64,000 nt of DNA from IMG/VR virus record IMGVR_UViG_3300045988_179398, positions 32,001-96,000 of that record; one strand, given 5' to 3'. Position 1 is the first letter of the stretch; each line of letters starts with the position of its first letter. The notes below the pieces were generated by a model, which saw only the letters and a list, made by a program, of their open reading frames with translations, was not told the DNA's origin and searched no databases. This DNA comes from a virus. Both the position numbers and the translations under genes were made by a program. Below, piece by piece: positions 59,233 through 64,000 of this stretch.

Positions 59233-59430
59233 ATGTTGACAGGTGATGTTAGAGAAAGAGTTGTTAAAGAGCAAAATGAACTGCGTGACAAAATAACGAA
59301 ACTCGCGTTGTTTATCTATTCCGAAAGAATTAACACGGTTTCCAAAAAGCACGCTGGTTTGCTCAAAGCACAACTTCATGCAATGGAAGAATACGACGAG
59401 ATTCTGACTGAAAGGTTGAAATCAGACTAA
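59233..59430 (+). CDS. Hypothetical small helical protein
   Basis: 65-aa ORF with AAGGAGG upstream. Confidence 0.55.
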   Translation: MLTGDVRERVVKEQNELRDKITKLALFIYSERINTVSKKHAGLLKAQLHAMEEYDEILTERLKSD

Positions 59431-59806
59431 AAACTCGGTGCCTAACGCCTTGAACGGTGGTGGTCCAAAGGTGGTTAAATTGGGAAGCGCCCAGCCGAGT
59501 AAACGTTCACTGCGGCGACTGCGGTATGTAAAAGTCGTAGGTATAGCGCCACCGTTAAACGCGCCAGTTATTGGGGTCAACTAAAGGCGGCGGATAGTTA
59601 ATCCGTGTAGCAACCCTTAGAGTTGGTGGTGTAAAAATCTCTTAAAACCACTTATGGGCGAAGTGAGTAGAATCAAATTGCCTCGCCGCTGACCAATATG
59701 CGGGATAAAAGTGGTTGGGTCGACAAGTATTAAAAACAGAGATAACTCGAACTGTTTTCCTATGGACGGTTTTCCCCAAAGTACACGGGGATAGGGTTAT
59801 TTATAT
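59431..59806 (+). ncRNA. Large structured non-coding RNA candidate (segment A, may extend to 60160)
   Basis: No ORF with an RBS. GC is higher than in neighbouring intergenic DNA. Long-range pairings ACTCGG (59433-38)/CCGAGT (59495-500) and AACGGTGG (59453-60)/CCACCGTT (59549-56). Local hairpin CGGAT-AGTTA-ATCCG (59591-605). Confidence 0.5.
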
Positions 59807-59877
59807 GCCCAAGTAGCTTTACGGCAAAGTAATAAGAAGCTTCTTATTAGCTATTGGTTCGACTCCAATCTTGGGAT
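59807..59877 (+). ncRNA. tRNA-like element 1 (aberrant anticodon arm, no encoded CCA)
   Basis: Acceptor stem 6/7 bp. D-arm GCTT-TACGGCA-AAGT. T-arm ATTGG-TTCGACT-CCAAT. The anticodon arm is the palindrome AATAAG-AAGCTT-CTTATT, so the loop is at most 6 nt. Confidence 0.45.
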
Positions 59878-60160
59878 CGGGTGAAGTTGAGGCAGTCATT
59901 CACTCCCTGAAAAAAAGAAGGCATGGTGTATTTGAGAAGGTCCTAATTATGACCTAAGTTATCCGAAGTCTTTTCTCAATAAAATGAGATTAAAGAATGT
60001 AGAGATAAGCTCATTAGGATGTTAACTAATGAGAGTGTAAACTAACTAGTCAGTTATCTATACTTTATTGACTTTAAAATAATGCCAAGGGGCTAGAGGC
60101 CGCACTAGTATAAAATTGTCGGATTTTCGCGAATGACGCCTCGGAAAGACGAGGATGCAT

Positions 60161-60232
60161 GCCCTCTGAAGACTGGGTGGACGGTTGCTTGATCACCAAT
60201 CGTGCGTAGTTCGAATCTGCGGGAGGGTGCCA
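60161..60232 (+). ncRNA. tRNA-like element 2 (encoded CCA, 9-nt anticodon-type loop, no clear D stem)
   Basis: Acceptor GCCCTCT/GGAGGGT (two G-U pairs). T-arm CGTAG-TTCGAAT-CTGCG. 3' tail GCCA. Central arm ACGGTTG-CTTGATCAC-CAATCGT. Confidence 0.45.
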
Positions 60233-60256
60233 ATAAAAAAAACGAAGGTGATTAAA

Positions 60257-60394
60257 ATGGGACTTTTAAGTTTTTTAGACAAAATATTCAGTCAGGGCTA
60301 TGAAAGCATAGAAGATTATTGTAATCAAAATGGGTTAAATTATACGGATTTGCCCGAACCCGATGATTACTATGATGATGACGATGATGATTAA
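60257..60394 (+). CDS. Small acidic protein (45 aa, poly-Asp C-terminus)
   Basis: ATG 7 nt after AAGGTG. Translation MGLLSFLDKIFSQGYESIEDYCNQNGLNYTDLPEPDDYYDDDDDD. Confidence 0.4.
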   Translation: MGLLSFLDKIFSQGYESIEDYCNQNGLNYTDLPEPDDYYDDDDDD

Positions 60395-60460
60395 AAAAAA
60401 CATAGGTTTGTAATTTTTCCTCCGAAGGCAGCAGGTTAATGTTAATTCGCGTCGCGTTCT

Positions 60461-60489
60461 TTGCGTTGTCCACAAAGTGTGCTATACTT
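60461..60489 (+). promoter_or_regulatory. Candidate extended -10 promoter for the second RNA unit
   Basis: TTGCGT (60461-66), 17-nt spacer, TGCTATACT with -10 at 60484-89. Confidence 0.4.
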
Positions 60490-60495
60490 AATTTA

Positions 60496-60807
60496 CCACA
60501 ATCAAGTATGGCGAAAGCCATCAAGTATTTGTTGGGTATGCTTTAAGGTTTCACCAACCAACCCAACTTTACGGAAGTTTACTCAATGTTGGCAAAGAGG
60601 ACGGTTTGCTAAACCGTTAGGTCTTCGTAAGAAGGCGAGCAGGATCGACACCTGCAACTTCCGCCAGTAACGTTGGGGAAGAAGAAGAGAAAGCGGGGTT
60701 TGAGAGCGCGCGCACGAGTCGTAACTCATCGAAGGCGATTACCTCGGTTAGACGTAAGATTGCTACGTTTTTTGCGAGTTTTTCGGTGAATAAAACTCGT
60801 ATTTTAT
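60496..60807 (+). ncRNA. Structured non-coding RNA candidate (segment B, leader of tRNA-Trp)
   Basis: No credible ORF. GNRA-capped hairpins ATGGC-GAAA-GCCAT (60508-21) and CTTC-GTAA-GAAG (60623-34). Hairpin ACGGTTT-GCT-AAACCGT (60601-17). Confidence 0.45.
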
Positions 60808-60882
60808 GCACCTTTAGTATAACGGTATTATCCTGGCCTCCAAAGCCATGGGAACTGAGTTCGAATCTTAGAGGGTGTGCCA
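60808..60882 (+). tRNA. tRNA-Trp (anticodon CCA), CCA end encoded
   Basis: 75-nt cloverleaf. Acceptor GCACCTT/AGGGTGT. D-loop AACGGTA. Anticodon loop CT-CCA-AA. T-arm CTGAG-TTCGAAT-CTTAG. One C-U mismatch at 27:43. Confidence 0.8.
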
Positions 60883-61010
60883 GAATCCTGCGGTAGGTAT
60901 ACATACGCGCAGTCCGAAGCTATTGGCGGATAGAGAATTGATGTATAGCTATCATCACACGCAGAGCTGGTCGTGCTCGACAGAAGAACCCAGCCCATTT
61001 ACTTGACAAA

Positions 61011-61046
61011 ATTGTCCACGCACGAATGTGCGTGGACAATTTTGAT
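61011..61046 (+). terminator. Rho-independent terminator
   Basis: ATTGTCCACGCAC-GAA-TGTGCGTGGACAAT followed by TTTT. Confidence 0.75.
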
Positions 61047-61073
61047 TGATATATATTTTAAAATATTAACAAT

Positions 61074-61108
61074 AAACGCTTGACAAAACTTGAAAAGTAT
61101 GTTATAAT
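61074..61108 (+). promoter_or_regulatory. Consensus phage promoter copy 7 (drives tnpB-2; probably a hybrid of phage -35 and element-borne -10)
   Basis: AAACGC, TTGACA at 61080-85, 17-nt spacer, TGTTATAAT with -10 at 61103-08. Confidence 0.8.
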
Positions 61109-61133
61109 GGCAATAGAAAAAGGAGTGACAAGT

Positions 61134-62234
61134 ATGGAAAAGTCTTATAAATTTAGGATATATCCAAATGAAAAACAGCGTGTGTTAATGGCGAAGACTT
61201 TTGGTTGCGCAAGGTTTGTGTATAATTATTACCTTGATAAAAAGATTAAAGTATATAAAGAAACGAAGCAATCGATAAGTTTTTATGCTTGCTGTTTAGA
61301 TTTAACGCTTCTTAAAAAAGAAGCCGAATGGCTTAAAGAGGTTGATAAGTTTTCATTGCAAAACTCATTACGAAATTTAGATGCCGCTTATCAGAAATTC
61401 TTTAAAGAACATTCTGGATATCCTAAATTTAAGTCTAAACACGATAATAGAAAATCATATAGGACAACGTTTACAAATAATAATATCGAATTTAAAGAAG
61501 GATATATAAAATTACCGAAACTTGGATTAGTGAAATTCCGAGACGAGCAAATTCCGCAAGGAAGAATATTAAATGCGACGATTTCTCAAGTTCCGAGTGG
61601 AAAATATTATTGTTCGATTTGTTGTACTGATGTTGTTATGGACGACTTACCCAAGACGGGTTGTGTTCTCGGAATAGATTTAGGGCTAAAAGACTTTTTA
61701 ATTACAAGTAATGGCGATAAAGTTTCTAATCCGAAGTATCTGTCTAAATCTTTAAACAAGCTTGCTAAATTACAAAGAGCGCTTTCGCGAAAACCAAACG
61801 GAAGCAATCGTAAAAATAAAGCAAGAATAAAGGTTACAAGACAGTATGAAAAGATTACAAACCAACGCCAAGACTTTTTGAAGAAATTATCGACTAAACT
61901 CATACAAGAAAACGATATTATCTGTTTAGAAGATTTGCAAGTCGAGAATATGGTTAAGAACCATAAACTTGCAAGATTGATAAACGATGTATCGTGGTTT
62001 GAATTTAGACGACAACTTGAATATAAAGCCAAATGGTACGATAAACGAGTTGTAGCCGTAGATAAGTTCTTCCCAAGTAGTCAAATTTGTAGCTGTTGTG
62101 GTTATGTCAATAAAGAAACAAAGGACTTAAAGGTTCGCAAGTGGGTGTGCTCTGAATGTGGAACAAAGCACGATAGAGATATAAATGCAGCGAAGAATAT
62201 CTTAAACGAGGGTTTAAGATTATTGAATTGTTAA
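61134..62234 (+). CDS. tnpB: TnpB, copy 2
   Basis: Start at [15 protein letters not shown] after AAAGGAG; the track's 61080 start runs through the promoter. RuvC triad intact ([30 protein letters not shown]). Zinc finger CSCCGY...CSECG. Confidence 0.9.
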   Translation: MEKSYKFRIYPNEKQRVLMAKTFGCARFVYNYYLDKKIKVYKETKQSISFYACCLDLTLLKKEAEWLKEVDKFSLQNSLRNLDAAYQKFFKEHSGYPKFKSKHDNRKSYRTTFTNNNIEFKEGYIKLPKLGLVKFRDEQIPQGRILNATISQVPSGKYYCSICCTDVVMDDLPKTGCVLGIDLGLKDFLITSNGDKVSNPKYLSKSLNKLAKLQRALSRKPNGSNRKNKARIKVTRQYEKITNQRQDFLKKLSTKLIQENDIICLEDLQVENMVKNHKLARLINDVSWFEFRRQLEYKAKWYDKRVVAVDKFFPSSQICSCCGYVNKETKDLKVRKWVCSECGTKHDRDINAAKNILNEGLRLLNC

Positions 62235-62344
62235 TAATTTAAAATAGATAAGAACCGCAGGAACTGCGGGGATAGCTCGGTAAATATCCACACAGTAGTG
62301 TGGAGTTCCCGAGAAATGCGCGACTTTAGTCGTATGATGTTCAG
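62235..62344 (+). ncRNA. Omega-RNA 3' scaffold of TnpB-2 (approximate)
   Basis: Hairpins CCGCAG-GAA-CTGCGG, CCACAC-AGTA-GTGTGG and CGACT-TT-AGTCG, enclosed by CTCGG/CCGAG. Ends in GATGTTCAG. Confidence 0.55.
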
Positions 62345-62368
62345 ACGGTTTCTTTTTTGTGTTATAAT
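62345..62368 (+). promoter_or_regulatory. Orphaned spacer + extended -10 (TGTTATAAT) of a disrupted consensus promoter
   Basis: TATAAT at 62363-68 lies at normal distance from the kinase gene SD/ATG. The -35 position holds TTCAGA instead of AAACGCTTGACA. Confidence 0.6.
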
Positions 62369-62388
62369 AATTGTGCTTGGAGGTAATT

Positions 62389-63291
62389 ATGGGAAATTTC
62401 ATTTTAGTAATGGGTCTGTCTGGAAGCGGAAAATCACATTGGATAAGTGATATCGTCGAGGAAGGGAACACAATCATCTTATCGAGCGACGCGCTTCGGA
62501 AAGAATTTTACGGCGACGAAAGAATTCAGGACAACCCCGCCTTTATATTCGAGCAAATGCGTATAAGAACGTTACAGGCGTTAAAAGAAGGTAAAAGCGT
62601 TACTTACGACGCGACTAACCTCAGCTCGAAGCGTCGTAAGGCGTTGTTGAAGCAATTGCCCAAAGATGTTTATAAAATCTGTCATTGTATTATTACGCCC
62701 CTCGAAAAATGTATCGAGAACGATTCAAAAAGAGAAAGGCACGTTTCGGAGCGCGTAATTATGCGGCAGTTGGAGCAATTCGAGGTGCCGTGGTTTGATG
62801 AGGGTTGGGATACAATTTTCGTGATAAAACCATTTGGCGACGCCCCGTTAAAAGTCAATCTCAATGTAATGCACGATTGTTCGAAATATCACAAAAACGA
62901 CACGATCAATAATCATATCGCAAGGGTTATACAAGCGGTCGCATTGAAGCCGAATGTTGAAAAAGGCGATCGCGATGTTCTTCTCGAGGTAGCGTGGTTT
63001 CATGATATCGGGAAACCGTATACAAAAACCTTTTATGACAAAAAAGGAAAGCTCGGAGAAAACGCTCATTATTATAACCACGAAAACGTGGGTGCTTATT
63101 TATATATGGTTTCACATGTAGAAGGGGCGGCTTACGGAGATAGAGAAAATATGTATAACGACCTTTTTCTCGCGTGGCTTATCAATAACCATATGATTAT
63201 CTGGAATAATCAAAAAAGATATAATTCATTTAACGAACATATCAAACATTTACTTAAAATATTCAGTGAATGCGACAAGGAGGGTGCTTAA
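62389..63291 (+). CDS. P-loop polynucleotide-kinase-like domain fused to HD phosphohydrolase domain (RNA end-healing candidate)
   Basis: Start at MGNFILVMGLSGSGKSH (Walker A) after GGAGG. The C-terminal half carries H...WFHDIGKP...HENVGAY (HD domain). Confidence 0.6.
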   Translation: MGNFILVMGLSGSGKSHWISDIVEEGNTIILSSDALRKEFYGDERIQDNPAFIFEQMRIRTLQALKEGKSVTYDATNLSSKRRKALLKQLPKDVYKICHCIITPLEKCIENDSKRERHVSERVIMRQLEQFEVPWFDEGWDTIFVIKPFGDAPLKVNLNVMHDCSKYHKNDTINNHIARVIQAVALKPNVEKGDRDVLLEVAWFHDIGKPYTKTFYDKKGKLGENAHYYNHENVGAYLYMVSHVEGAAYGDRENMYNDLFLAWLINNHMIIWNNQKRYNSFNEHIKHLLKIFSECDKEGA

Positions 63292-63292
63292 A

Positions 63293-64000
63293 ATGTTAAA
63301 CAATCAAAATGAAAGAGAATTATGTTACGCCGTAAGAGTTACCGACGTTACGCCGATAGAAGGTGCGGATAAAGTCGAATTAGCGCATATAAACGGCTGG
63401 CATATAATGGTTAAAAAGGGTGATTATAAAGTTGGCGATTTGGCGATTTATTTCGAAATCGATTCATTATTGCCGATGACTGACCCCGCATTTGACTTTA
63501 TGGCGAGGTACAAATACAAAGTCAAAACACAACGTTTTATCAAGGGGACTGTTTTATCGCAGGGGCTTTTAATGCGCCCTGACGAACTCGGTTTAAAAGA
63601 CGTCAAAGAGGGAGATTTTTTGACAAAAAAGCTCGGCGTTACTTATTACGAAGCGGAGGATAACGCGCGTAAAGCAAGCAGCAAAGACCTGATTGAGACG
63701 AAGGTCGCAAAGAGAATGGGTGTTTGGAATAAAAGGCACAAATTCTTATCGCGCTTCAAATTCATTTGCGAACTTCGTAGAAAGTTGTTTGAGAAGCAAA
63801 TAAAAGGAGCCCAAAAGAAAAAGAAAACCAACTGGCCGTGTTGGGTAAAGAAGACCGACGAAGATAGATGTCAAAACTTACCCCAACTTTTCATGGAACC
63901 ACTTAACGAGACGCATTGGATTGCGACGGAAAAAATCGACGGGACGTCAACAACTTTCACAATGCTTCAGGCAAAGAAAAGGAAAAGACACGCGATTATA
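63293..64000 (+). CDS. RNA ligase (N-terminal OB-like module + nucleotidyltransferase, Rnl5/DRB0094-like), 3' end outside window
   Basis: The frame is open from ATG 63293 to the window end; it is absent from the track because no stop is reached. VTPIEGADKVELAHINGWHIMVKKGDYKVGDLAIYFEIDS, then the lysine nucleotidylation motif ATEKIDGTS. Confidence 0.65.
   Translation, partial: MLNNQNERELCYAVRVTDVTPIEGADKVELAHINGWHIMVKKGDYKVGDLAIYFEIDSLLPMTDPAFDFMARYKYKVKTQRFIKGTVLSQGLLMRPDELGLKDVKEGDFLTKKLGVTYYEAEDNARKASSKDLIETKVAKRMGVWNKRHKFLSRFKFICELRRKLFEKQIKGAQKKKKTNWPCWVKKTDEDRCQNLPQLFMEPLNETHWIATEKIDGTSTTFTMLQAKKRKRHAII

Larger units (their letters stand above)
61085..62345 (+). mobile_element. tnpA-less IS200/IS605-type (TnpB + omega-RNA) element inserted in a phage promoter (boundaries inferred)
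   Basis: Joining 61074-61084 to 62345 onward rebuilds AAACGC-TTGACA-17 nt-TATAAT in front of the kinase/HD gene. Confidence 0.55.

Noticed and set aside
59431-60232. tmRNA hypothesis for the structured region ending in a T-arm/acceptor/CCA.
   Set aside because: No 5' GGGGCTG-type strand pairs with the 3' acceptor over that distance. The acceptor partner lies only ~60 nt upstream, which is tRNA-sized. I saw no tag-peptide reading frame with a resume codon context.
60161-60232. Assigning tRNA-like element 2 a specific anticodon (for example GAT/Ile from a 7-nt loop TTGATCA, or an opal-suppressor TCA).
   Set aside because: Every 7-nt-loop fold needs a C-C closing mismatch and puts a pyrimidine at position 37. 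A TCA reading lacks U33. The best-paired fold has a 9-nt loop, so no identity can be supported.
61080-61133. N-terminal extension of TnpB-2 given by the ORF track ([18 protein letters not shown]...).
   Set aside because: The extension is translated from the TTGACA...TATAAT promoter itself. The conserved TnpB N-terminus ([12 protein letters not shown]) starts at 61134, right after AAAGGAG.
1-64000. Stop-codon reassignment (TAG or TGA recoding), as seen in some gut phages.
   Set aside because: Standard-code ORFs tile the + strand almost without gaps. The only in-frame interruption of a conserved gene is explained by the intron. The only clear tRNA is Trp(CCA), not a suppressor.

Overview
This is a 64-kb slice of a large tailed dsDNA phage (Caudoviricetes). 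All credible genes are on the + strand, and the minus-strand ORFs in the track look like shadow ORFs. GGAGG-type ribosome-binding sites, sigma-A/sigma-70-type promoters, an LL-H-type holin and roughly 40% GC suggest a Bacillota-like host, but the sequence alone cannot prove this. Nt 1-36,420 is a late/virion operon closed by a strong hairpin terminator. It holds unassigned structural genes, at least six tail-fibre/receptor-binding genes with an embedded tyrosine recombinase, a giant tape-measure gene, and distal-tail/baseplate-like genes. Nt 36,560-64,000 is an early/middle region driven by seven near-identical promoters (AAACGC-TTGACA-17 nt-TGnTATAAT). It encodes a primase, a DnaE-type polymerase, a Cas4-like exonuclease, a RuvC-like resolvase, an Erf annealase, a DnaB-like helicase and FolD. 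It also holds an RNA island (tRNA-Trp, two aberrant tRNA-like elements, more than 1 kb of structured non-coding sequence) and an RNA-repair pair (kinase/HD plus RNA ligase). Four observations stand out. (i) The tape-measure ORF carries an N-terminal single-chain two-barrel RNA polymerase signature (NRFPS...GK-x12-NG-DYDGD plus a beta-like barrel), predicting a ~3,594-aa RNAP-tape-measure fusion. (ii) That gene is split by a 307-nt ORF-less group I intron with recognisable P1, P4 (P/Q), P7 (R/S) and P10. (iii) There are three tnpA-less OMEGA nucleases (two TnpB, one IscB) with adjacent omega-RNA-like structured segments, and one sits exactly between the -35 box and spacer of a reconstructable eighth consensus promoter. 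(iv) Free-standing homing-endonuclease-like genes are wedged between replication genes. Many virion genes could not be assigned a function from sequence alone and are labelled as such.
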